Assembly: GCF_038025025.1 (NCBI RefSeq) | Contig: NW_027117344.1 | Span: 1,364,001-1,428,000, forward strand | DNA length: 64,000 nt | Source of the DNA: Phyllosticta citribraziliensis | Lineage: Eukaryota | Reading direction: 5' to 3' | Shown here: piece by piece, positions 1 to 11,943 of the stretch | Layout: every line of letters begins with the position of its first letter | Numbering within the stretch: the first letter of the stretch is position 1 | Position numbers and translations under genes: made by a program | Notes under the pieces: model-generated | Databases searched by the model: none | What the model saw: the letters and a program-made list of their open reading frames with translations, nothing else | Told to the model about the DNA's origin: nothing

Positions 1-539
1 TTCTAATCCCTGGGCATTGACTACAACAAGGTGATTATATATTTCGACCATTTCGACCAACTGGCATCAATGTTCAACGTCGCAGACGGGAATAAGCCAA
101 TCCGAAATGCAAGACCGTAGCATTATACGCTCAACGTGCGTCCTACGGGCCTTGCACCAAGCCTGTTCCTGTTTTCATGAAGTTCCGACACCCTGAGCCG
201 GCAGATGGCTTACTTCTCGATTCTGGAACTCATCGACCCGCCTGGAAGTTGGATCTTTGCGCTCGCTTATGCAGCGCCATGTCAGTAGTCGCCCCCTTGG
301 TTCCAGAATGTCGTCGTGGTTTCGTGGTTCTGGACAGGACGCCAAAGACCCTTGATTCCACTGCTTGGGTCTGACGTCTCCAGTCATGTGAAATTTGCAA
401 GTGCCCGCTCTAAAGTCATGATCAAAGAATATCATTAGTCCTACATATGTCATCAGTTGACTTTCATTTACAACAATCTTCAGAATACCCCGTGCTCCTT
501 TTTCCTTCTGTGCAAAAAAAGCCATGTGACTACAGCAAT

Positions 540-1968
540 TTAACAGCCTTTGTAACCCTTTTCCTGCCAAACTTTGACGCTCTTGACCAACATCTCGCCA
601 CTCTTCTCCCATGTCGGATACCATTTGTTCCGCGCGTTCCAAAAATCCCTGGGAGCGGTCAATGATGAGTCGACCCAAGGCTTGCTGTTGCGGCCGTCCT
701 TGAACCATCCGTTGGTTGCACCGACGGCGACGTTGATGATGAGATAAAAGTCTTGGTCGAAGGGCGCCGCATTGTTTCCCGCGGCCTGCCATGGATTGAC
801 AATGCGGGTGCCGTTGGAGTCGGCGACGGGGAAGTGGCCACGGGTGAAGAATGGTTCGTTGAACTTGACGTACATGACCTGGATAATGCGCGAATCGACG
901 TAGGTGAAGAGGTACTTTTCACTCCATTCGAGGCCAAAGGTGTGGAAGTCGGTGGCATAGGTGGTGAGCTTGGCTTTGCGCTTGACATTGGTCTTGTACC
1001 AGCCATCTTCGCTGGTAGAGGGGCCGTAGTGCAGCGTCGAAGAGACGATTTCGTTGCCGCCTTGACCGTACGTGTAGTTGTTGCCGCGCGATTCCATTAT
1101 GTCAATCTCACCGCTGCGCGGCCAGTCTCCGTACGTGCTGTTGACGGGCATCATCCAGATGGCGGGCCAGAGCCAATCGCCCGCGGGGAGCTTTGCCGTC
1201 ACTTCCACCCTGCCGTACTTGATGCTCAGACCTTTCATGGTGTTGATGCGACCGGACTTGACTGGGTTCACAATCGTACCATTGGTGGTGTTTGTGGCCA
1301 TGTGACAGTTCTTGTACACATCCGAAACGCATCCGCCACTGCCGGTGAGATCAATCAATTGGTTCGTCTCGATCAGGCTTTGATCTTGGAGAGTGGGTTT
1401 GATGTGAAGAAGGCCGTCCTTTACAAACACATTTTCGTCTGTGTTTGTCGTCACGTCGAACTGACCATTTCTGTGACACGTTAGTCTTCTCTGTTGGTTT
1501 CGCAGAATTGACGACCTACCCGTAGCCACCCGCATTCACCTCCTTTGTCCATATTTTTTCATCCAGACCATTTGCAAAGTTATCATCCAGCACCTGGCAA
1601 TACTCGTGATCAATGACAGAGTTCAAGCCATCCCATACCAGGACCGCTGTCACGGCAATGCCGGCGAAAAGGCCGATCAAGGGGAAAATGGTAATCCATT
1701 TTGCCTTGGGATCTTTCTTCTCCTTCCAAGGCTGTTCCACGGTTCCCTTTTTGATTCTCCTCGATCGGAAGAAGGGCTGACGCGCGACAGCGTGGAAGTC
1801 GTACAATGAAGTAGTCGCGGAAGCCGGCATGGATCCATACGGCGTGGCAAAAGGATTCGAAGCCGCACGTTGGATAGTGGGCACCGGGGAGATGACATCG
1901 CTTTCTGGGGTGCCCGGCCGATTTGAAGCAGTCGCGGTAGAAGTGCCCGAACTGGCTTTTTCGGCCAT
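540..1968 (-). CDS. GH16 beta-1,3-glucanase / beta-glucan-binding-protein-like enzyme with an N-terminal membrane anchor (~459 aa)
   Basis: Exons 1968-1520 and 1470-540; GT-AG intron 1519-1471 with GACTAAC branch joins GGYG|NGQF in frame. GH16 motifs KYGRVEV, GDWLWPAIWMMP and catalytic WPRSGEIDIMESRGN; hydrophobic segment WITIFPLIGLFAGIAVTAVLVW. Confidence 0.93.
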
Positions 1969-4900
1969 ATTGGAAAATTTTACGGAAAGATGAAATGAAC
2001 AAGTTGAAGCTGCACACAGAGGCTCAAAGCAAGAGAGGAGCGTACAATCACAAATCCTCTGGGTATCTTGACTGAATGCAAAGGGATGGCAAGGCAGGGA
2101 CGCAAGGTAAGATAAAGCCAGAATGACAAGCCTCTTGAGGGCCTCGACACCTGCGGCTTGGAACCATGGTCCATTGACGACTTGCCTCACATCAATAATT
2201 GCCGGGTCGAGATGGAGCTGAGTCTGTAAAGGCGGTAGCAAAAGAAGTGCGCTTGCCCCAGTTGGTCAGGATGGAACCGAGGCTAGCGGCTGAGGGTCGT
2301 GGACATGGTGATAGATGCCGCATACGGAAAGTCTCATTGTGGCTTTGGCGGTGGCGTGGACCACGTCCACCGACGCCAACGTACCAGCTCATCTATACGC
2401 AGATCGTGCCGTATTATGGAAGGCTTTGCTTGGAAGTCAACATCGAATAGGCGCCGTCGGCAAAGCTTCGTGAGCTATCACGATGTAGTAGCGTCAGCAA
2501 ACGCACGCACATGATTGATAGTGGAAACCTGGAAAAGACCAGGCGATGGAAGACATGTTTGATGAGGATTTAAACGTGGGGCGAGGACGATGTTAGGTTT
2601 TGGATGGCTGTCCGGGAGTGGGCTAGCGCCGTCGGCTGCTGAGGTGCTGCACAGACCTCCACGACATTTGACCTGTCCTCCACCGCACCAGAGCCATTAC
2701 TCAATCACCATGTCCCTGATTCACATGCAGGCAACCGAAATTCTGGGCCTTTCAGTCACCCGGCCTGATTGCCACCACCAATGGTGTGGCCTCGCCAAAA
2801 CGATTGATTTCAGCAGCTATCCGTCTCGTAGCGCCTAATCGCAGACGCTGCTGCGCCGTGTTGCGCCACAACTCTTCCAATCCAAGCGTCGCATCTCTAT
2901 TGCTGGACATCGAAATCGAGGTGCCTTACAGCCATTTCATCATTCTCGCTTGGATGCTTCATGACCTGCTCCTCAACCATTTCAGCCGCGTCTATTGCTT
3001 TTGGTAAGACTTTTTTGCCTACGCCGATTGATCCAAGTATTCGTCATCCCAGTGTGCGCCACTCCCGAAACAAATCTACACACTGAATTGGACCTTGATC
3101 TCGCAAGCAGCATTGTCTGGATTGCTAAAGTCAAACAATCATCTTGTGCCCTCTCAGAAGGCTGTGCTGCTCTGAAGATTGACACGATCTTTCCGGGTTT
3201 CTTCTGCTAACTATCTGACGACGTCGTGCGATCTCTTGCAAGGGCTACTCCGGATTTCTGGGTCTGGCGCATGCTTTGGACAGCTTTTCGCTTTATGATA
3301 CAAAGAGAACTTCTCAGTGGACTCTCTGGGAGAGGACTTGATTGCGACGGGCATGTCTTGAAGATTCCACGTGTAGTTGCAGGCGCAGCATTCTTGGAGG
3401 TTCCAGAACGGAGATGTTTGCACCACGTCGTCAAACGAGTCACGCACAATCAAAGCAGAAGCTACCGCAGCCCGGAACAAATCGTGAGCAATCGCGTCGC
3501 TATCTCACAGTCCTCCCCTGAAGCTCTGAGGCGACTTCTAAACTAGCAACAATGATGGAATGTTTTACTGAATGGATTGAAAGGACGAACTCGATGAGTC
3601 ACTTTCAGAATTGAGCGCCGCCAGGTTTTATCCCTCCGCAACCCAAATCAGCAGCTTACAGCGAAGCCAAGGCTTTGCTATCTGCCTATACCTGCAGAAC
3701 AAGACGCCAACGAGTGCGAGCTGAAAGGCAACATCTCCGGAAAGAATTCGAGCATCAAAATCTGGCTGCCGAAACCCTAGTGCAGCCAAACGTTCGACGG
3801 TTTCCTACATCCATCATTTGAAGAGCCCAAATGTTTCCCGTCGCCGTTCAAGGAAGCACAAATGGTTTCTGCCCGCTTTCTGGACGCAAATGCTGCTCAG
3901 CCTCGCTTTACGACTCCAACAAGACGAGCGCTACTTGTGCAACGAAGACCTTGATAGGATGGTTGTCAACTCTGCTCGTCCAATCAGAAGGGTGTTGATT
4001 GATAATAGACAAGGTTCGTTGTCAACCTTCGAGATACTAGAGGGCCTGGTCGGCTCAGCAGCTTGCAGGAAACACTTTTCATTGGAGAACTTCGCCGAGG
4101 ACGAGTGCAGGACTTGAAATTCTCACATCACCTTTAACTTTAGGCACTGAAGGATTCAGACAACGCACACAATACGTGGACTTTGACTTCGTTCTGGCTG
4201 AAGCATTTTTACCTCGGATACGGATCGCAAGCGAAATCCGACCCTTTCCAGCTGAGACGGGGAGTCGGATTCAGACTGCTGATAAACACCAAAACGGCTT
4301 GTCTTTTCACTGCACATCGCGAATATGCGACGAGGTTTTCATACCATCCAGACTTTGTGCTCGCAAAGCCTACTGATTTGAGAAGGGACGTTGATGGGAA
4401 TCTGAAGTTGCCACGGTTTGTTCTTCGTGCGGATGGGTATTGAAGCTCACCATTCCTCTCCACCACAGCTGCGCGAATGCTGCACGTCAGTTGTCCACAG
4501 AAGATCGGAGACTCGCCCCGCGGAAGCAACTATTGATCTTTCGAGCCTGAGGTATTTGCCTCAGTACCTGGGCTTGACAGACCGACATCGAGGCAGCCAG
4601 TCAGTGGAGTCTTGTCCGAGCATTCCACCTCGCAAAATGCTCAAATAAAGTTCTGAACTGGGCACCGAGGCCTTCTTGTACGCAATCATCATGACTTAAG
4701 CTTCTTCAAGGCACGACGATGAAGCTAAATACAGCATGATGGACGCTGCACAGAACGTTGAAAAACTCGATGTGATGGATTTGAGTTCAGCCTCATCATT
4801 GGGAACTCCTTACATAGCAAAGGCCCTTGATGACAAAAATATCGATCATAGCAATTGCCTGATCCGGTCTATCACCAAGTCAGATGACCATACAATCGAA

Positions 4901-7149
4901 TGGTCATTCAGCTGCGGTCGTGGGCACACGGATGGAAAGGTAAAACCTCGTGTTCAGTGTTGGCAATTGTTGCTTACACGCCTTCATGCATGCGACACTG
5001 GTCTGTCCGAAACAGATCTCGGGACGCGATGCTTCCATTGCTTGGAAGACTTCGGGGTCGCCGAGCTCTGATCCCGGTCCGTACTCGGTATAGGCATCCC
5101 CAGGCGGCTTTGGGCATGGTCTTGTACCCAGAGGCAACGATTTCAAGACTGTCCTGAAAGCGGGCCAACGGCCGCTAGGAGGGTTCGGTACGGACTTCTG
5201 TGGTAGAGTGTGGCAGTGTCGCAGGATTTCTCGCCATTCAACACGACGTCCAGGTATCTATTCTGGCTGTGTATTCTCGAATATTTGCGGCGGTCGTTCC
5301 GTGTTTGCGTCCAACCCCGGTGCGCATCCTTGGGTGCGGATCCTTGGGTGCGGAGCAGATCGACAGGTGCTTCCCGGCGCTTTCCTCATCTTTCCGGTTT
5401 CCAAGGAAAGCCTCGCACTTCCGTCAAAGGACACTGCAATGTCGACAATCGAACTGGCGGACCTTTCCATTATTACAGTACACACGTTGATGAGCCCAGA
5501 TCGTGACGGTGAGCCATCCCTCCCCTGTTTATCTATCAGCAAACCAATCTCAGGCTGGAGAAGGTGTACTGTACATGTTCAAAGCCTCCCCGCCGTAACT
5601 CGCCAAACTACTCTGCGCCTTGCTAGCTTCTTACGGTATCTTTAGGGCGTGGCACTGGTTTTGCATGTCATGTTTGCTCCAGAGTCTTCCGCATCTCGCA
5701 GGGACAGTCGTGGCCGCGAGTTTAAGGTTACTACTTCAGTTAATCGCTCGAGTTGAATAGCCGGTGAGGCTGAAAACAAGGCTTGATCTTCCGTCATGGT
5801 ACAAAGCGAGTGTGTTGGGCGTTTCGCGTGGCTGATGAAAGTTAGTTTAGCGACAAGGCTTCTGCCAACGACAGGGATATCCATGAAATAACGGCTCGGT
5901 GGTGCAAGACTTTAGAACTTCGGAAGTCGAGTTGGAAGACCGTTGCCGGTCCGAACGGCTTCGTGGCCTCGAAACAAGGACAATTTGCCGCATCCTGCAA
6001 AGTGTTGGATCACAGGCATGACGAAGGCACTGTTTACCGTGATGCACTGCCTGCTAGCCCGGCGCATTATGATGCCCTTTTCGGCTTCGCCTCCTTTCTA
6101 TCGATTCTTCAGCCGTCCATTTCTTGTTCACTGATCGAAATGTGAGAGTTTCAATCCGGATACGTCCCGTCGAGGCGTTGCAAGGAAAAGCGACAAGGAT
6201 CGCTCGTCTTCTGGCTCGAACAAAGACAGCGATGATGCGTTCTTCAACCAGGTCGCTGTTTTCCAACTCTAACAGGCTTTCGGTCCAGCTGCTCCTGTGG
6301 CCTTGTCCACAACCTAAAATAGAGAGTTGTTTTTCGGGCCCCGTGTTGGTAAGTTGTGGCTGCTCGATAGTGATGGATGTGCAGGTGACGACACTGCAGG
6401 CCCGCGACTTCGCCCGCTATCTACTCCCAGAACAGGGTCGTGTGCGGCCCATCCATGACTTTATTTTTAGGTACAGGGAGAACAGGGCCTTGCTGCAGTC
6501 GAACACCCGTAGAACATCTTAAAGCACGCCATTGCAGCGGTCTTCATGTTTCAGTACGAAGCAAACCGGTCCTCTCAATTCTCGCCAATTATAATCTGCT
6601 CAAATCCCGCGTCTGGGTGAGGGTGGAGTTGAAACGATCAGCAAATTCTTTTGTCGCATTTCTCATTTGCGGTTGCATCAAAGATACCCGGGGCTTTTCT
6701 TAGCAGTGTTAACATGTTGCCAAGTCTCTACGTTGGTGTGAGTATCTCTACAAGATCCAAAGCCAAGTTGATTCAGCTGATGTTCCGAGAACAGGCTCTT
6801 TTAGGTGTAGCAGTACATTATGTAGCTGCCGCAGGATTTAGGACTGTTGGGTCGTCGGGCTGTACTGCGCAAATGGTGTTCCTCCAACCATTCACCGACA
6901 ACGCAATCTTCCTGGACAACTACCACCCAAACTACGGAGGACCTGGTGTCAACCTTCAAACTGGAGCACACGCACCTGACGAATATGTCTATGATGGAAC
7001 CAAGACTTCAGTGTTCAGCACTAAATTCAATTGGCGGACTGCAGCTTTGTAGAAGCTCAAACCCAAATCTAACACCTTTTGCTCTGCCGGAGCATTCTTT
7101 CCCGATGGCACTTTGATGAACCTTGCCGGAGCAGAACCTACTGCCAAAG

Positions 7150-10100
7150 GGCCGCCACTTTTCTGACACCCCTTATACAATTTCTGACACCTCCTCTACA
7201 ATTACTGACACCTCCCCCCCATAATGCCTGTGGCGCCTGCTATAGCACTGATAGCTAGATATTTAAAGTTATAATTACCTTGCTAAATTAGGTAAATTGT
7301 ATATAACTTATAATATTAATTCTATCTATATATCTATCTCTCTATATTACTTACCGCTATAAGGACAGTTTTAGATATAATAATAATAGTATAACTTTCC
7401 TACCTTATAAGGCTAAAGCGCGCGGCCTTACTACTATAGTAGCTACTAAGTAAATAGGTCTCTAGCTTTACTACTCTAAGGTCCCTTATTAGTATCCTCC
7501 TCTTATAATAATAGAATAGGCTTATACTTCTAAATCTCCTTCTAGTACTTCTACTTATACTCTTATACCCTCTTAACTCTATAGTTATAGATATTATAAG
7601 TAAAGTAGTAATACCTTAGTAGTATTATATACTAGCTATATTAGCTACTTTACTCTTCTAGCTACTCTTCTATCTACTCTTCTATCTACTCCTACTCCTC
7701 TATCTACTCCTCTACCTACTCTATTTAAATTAGTAGTTATAGAGAGGTTAGCTATATATACTTCTATTTCTCTACTATAGTAGCTCTAGCTATAGTTTAG
7801 CTATTTATTTAGTATTAAAGGTACTACTCTAGAGTAAAGTTACTATTACTATTAGCTTATATATTCTTATCTACTTATATATTCTTATCTACTTATATAT
7901 TCTTATCTACTTATATATTCTTATCTACTTATATATTACTTTCTTTTTTATCTTCCTTATCTTCCTCCTCTTTCTTATTACTACTAACTTTAACTATATT
8001 CCTAGTAGTATTTATATAGCGCCTCTTTTTTAACTTTTACTTATCTACTATAAGAGAGAGAAGTATATTAAGTAACTCTTAGATATCTAGCTATTTTATA
8101 GCCTTCTTAGTTCTTTTTAATATAACCTTCTTTCTCTTTTAAATAGTACTTTATATAGTATCTTCCCTTTACTCCTCTACTTTAAACTAAGATAGCTATT
8201 AGTATATATTATTTCTTAGCTAACTATATTATCTAATAATATATACTAGGTCCTAGATATAGCTATACTCTCCTAGTAGCTATAGATAGATAGAGTTTAC
8301 TAGAGATAGAGAAGGAGTTATACTACTATATTTAATAAAAGTAGTATATATATACTTATTAGAAGGGTAAAGGTACTAATATAGATTAATATTATAGAGC
8401 CTAACCTGCTATTTATTATTATTACTAAGTACTTAATAGATAGTATAGATATAGATAATACTATATATTCCTATAAAGTTAAGAGAATAGATATAAGTAA
8501 ATTATTAATCTTCTTCTAGTATATACTCCTACTTTATAAGTCTTATTTAAGTAAGGAGTAGATTTAGAGTAAAGTATAAAACTTTCTCCTTAACCTTCTA
8601 GCTAATATTTAGGTCTAACTTAATAGAGTATATAGTATAGCTATACTCCTTACTAATTTATTATATAATCTTTATATACTTATTAGCTATAAATACTATA
8701 ACCTTATCCTTAACCTTTAAGAGATTACTAGTAGATAAAAGAAGATATAATTTAATATAGTAATAGGTACCTTTAAGCTTTAAAGTAATAGTATTTCTAT
8801 AGTATTAGTAGTAGAATATCTAGATAGTAGACTATTTCTCCTTATATAAAAGCTACTCTAAATTAATATAGTTAATAAGGATACTAAACTCTATATTATA
8901 ATTAGCTTAAAACTTAGCCTAGTATATATTAAAATTAGCTTTATTCTTAATATATATAAGATTATAGAAGTAGCTTTAAAACTTCTTTTACTTTACTCTT
9001 AATTTATCTTACTCCTTAGGCTCTTATTAGCTATTAACTTACTAAGCCTACTTTATATAAACTAGGATATTTTTAAGGATATACTATATATAAAGAAGCT
9101 AAGAGATATTAGAGAAGTAGATTCTAAGAGCCTTCCTTAAAGTATCTTCTTTATTAGTAAGAAAGAGGTATACCTTATCTTTAATTTTATACTAATAGAG
9201 TAGATCCTTAAAGAACTAAATTATAGTATTATATATAGGTTCTAATTTATTAGGAAGGAAGTAGATACTAATAGTAAAGACTAAGTTAGTATAAATAATA
9301 CTAATAATTTAGAGGAGTAGTATATTATACTTATTAATTTTATAAGTAGTATCTATAAGGATTACCTCTAGCTAGTACTAGAGAAGAGAGATAGCTATAA
9401 TATATATAAAGAAGAGGATATAAACCTACTATATATTATCTAGTTAGTAGAGAACCTACTACTTATCTTAATTAGCTTTTAACTTATTAAGTAGAGCCTA
9501 TATAGTAGTCCTTCCCTAAAGCTATTTAAGCTTATACTTATACTTCTTAAAGTAGATATTACTAAGCCTAATATATAGATAACTAAGAGAGGGATTATTA
9601 TAGATAAGTAGCTAGATATACTTTATTAGTATACCTTAGTTAAAAAGGCGGCGTATTTATATTATAACCTTAAATAACTACTTCTAGTAGGTAGTATAGG
9701 CGCTTATATTAATAAAGTAGTTATATACTATCTTAATATAGTATATATTACCCTTATTATTAGGTGCATTAACTACTTATATATAGCTAGTAATAGAAAT
9801 AAGGATATCCTATTCCCTAGTAGTATCTTTATTAGTAGTCTAGTTATTATTAGTAATTATAATAAGGTGCTTATAGTAATAGCCTTTAATAGAGGTATAG
9901 TACTTAGTTACTTTAGAATTATACTCTTTATAGTAATTATAGTATATCTAGACCTTTATAATATAATCCTTCTTCTTTAACTTCTTTAAATATAAGATAT
10001 AGTAGGCGTAATTATACTCTTTTAACTAGGTAATTAAGGTATCTTAGGCGGCTTTTTAGGTGGTATATACTGACTTAGGTGGTAGTATAAGTAGGAGAGA

Positions 10101-10665
10101 TTCTAGCGCGCCTTTATTACTATTAGGTATAAAGATATAGTTAAATAAGGCAGCGGCACCTTTAAAGGCTTTACTTATTACTTGCTTTATACCGCGCGTA
10201 TTAGGTGTAGGGAGTGTAAGTAATACCTTACTAATTAGGTCGCTGGCTTTACTAAGAGTAAGGTCTTATTCTAGTAGAGTACTATAGCTGTGGCTGCGGC
10301 TGTAGCTATAGCTATAACTATAGCTGTAACTATAACTATAACTGCTATATTTACTACTACTATTACTCTAGGGTGGCATTATTATAAATAGTTAAGAGGT
10401 AAGAGGTAAGAAGTAAGAGGGAGAGAGGGAGAGAGGGAGAGAAAGAGAGGGAGAGAGTAGTAGTAGTAGTAGTAGTAGTAGTAACTAAGTACTATAGAGG
10501 TAACTAAGCACTGCTAAATTAGGTAGTTAGTAAGCTAATTAGTAGCTGGCGTTATAACTTTAAATATCTAGCTATAGGCGCCGCAAGTAATTATAGGGGG
10601 GAGGTGTTAGTAATTATAGAGGAGGTGTTAGAAATTATATAAGGGGTGTTAGAAAAGTAGCGGCC
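7150..10665 (-). mobile_element. Mutator-like (MULE) DNA transposon, full length (3516 bp), RIP-inactivated
   Basis: TIRs of ~115-125 bp (GGCCGCCACTTTTCTGACACC.. at left, ..GGTGTTAGAAAAGTAGCGGCC at right) with three internal CTGACACC repeats. TSD TGCCAAAG 7142-7149 / TGCTAAAG 10666-10673. Minus-strand MULE motifs readable through RIP: EVILxDxTYKxNKYNxxLL (ends ~9368) and QLLCIWHILKNI-like (~9066-9103). Confidence 0.92.
7856..7937. repeat. 18-bp tandem repeat (CTTATATATTCTTATCTA) x~4.5 inside the MULE
   Basis: Directly visible. The unit length is a multiple of 3, consistent with a former coding repeat in the transposase C-terminal region. Confidence 0.85.
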
Positions 10666-11676
10666 TGCTAAAGATAGGGTTAGTAATGGCTTTAATACTA
10701 TCTATAGGTACGCCCCTAGCCCTTATACTAGAGGTAAATATACTATAGACTAGATTAAAGGTCTATTATACCTCTAAGCTAGGAGATAGTATCTAATAGC
10801 TAAAGCTCTTACTAATAGAGATATCGTGGTTATAGGAGGGTCTAATAGAGGAGGTTTAGTTATAAATAAGGTTAATATAAACGTGCCGACTTATAAATTA
10901 GTAATATAAATAGGCGTGCTACCTCTACTAGTTAAACTACTAATTCTAGAGTTTACTAATAACGCCGATATAAATAAGGCCTATAACTTATACCTAATTT
11001 ATAAGTAAATATTCTTAATTAGATAAGGTATATAACTAACCCTTTTATAGTCGCCCTCCTTTCTAATAAGGTAAATACTAATAAAGTATTTACTCTAGCT
11101 AGTAATATAGCTGTTATCTAGAACTATAAGATGGATAAATTAGTTAAGACGCTTCTAGATACTCCTAAGTAGGCGCGTAACTTTCCTTCTTCTTTAACTA
11201 CGGTCCTACTACCTCTTTTAGCTACAAATAATTTTAAACCTACGATCCTGCTCTATAGTAGCAGCTCTAGTAATAAACCTGTGCCTAAGACCCTAGATGA
11301 CTACTACTATATTAAGCCTTATACTATAAATCTAATATAGGAGCAAGTTAATAATCTCCCTAATAGTAGATAGGTTATAATAGACTCTATCCTTCTTCCT
11401 AATAGCAAGGTGCTTTTTATTAACGGCGCGTATACTAGCTCTATAGGTAGTTTTATAGTAGACGACCTAGTTATAATCCTACTTATCTACGACCTAGCTA
11501 AGCTAGTTAGCTTACGCTTTATACTACTTCCTAAAGTTACAATCCTATAGATGTACCACTTAATCGCGTAGCTGCTGCTAAATAGGGAAGTATTAATCGC
11601 CAGCTCTAACCCCTTAGTTATATATAATAAGGGTGGTAAGGTCTTTAGTAACTGGCCTAACTTTAATAATAATAGA

Positions 11677-11943
11677 TGATAAAGTAAGATAAGAGAACTA
11701 AAGACTCTATTTAAGGCTACTCTAAGAGCTATCTATATACTGCTAAAACTACTAGGGGGAGTAGTAGCTAGTACTAACTACTAATAAGTCCTAAACTTAT
11801 TAAGATATATAAAGCTAATAGATAAGTATATCTTAACTAAAGTAGTAAGTTATTATCTAGATAAGCTATAGTTATCTAGGTAAACTATAGCTAAGATGAC
11901 GCGATAGGAGACTACTTAGTATTATTATATAGGACTACTAATA
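11677..11943 (-). repeat. Copia LTR (3' LTR of the minus-strand element), fully RIP-mutated
   Basis: Same length as 24848-25114 and aligns without gaps; differences seen are C>T and G>A. Confidence 0.93.

Noticed and set aside
7650..7937. Short tandem repeats as a CRISPR-like array
   Set aside because: The units are contiguous with no spacers, lie inside a eukaryotic transposon, and have no cas genes nearby.
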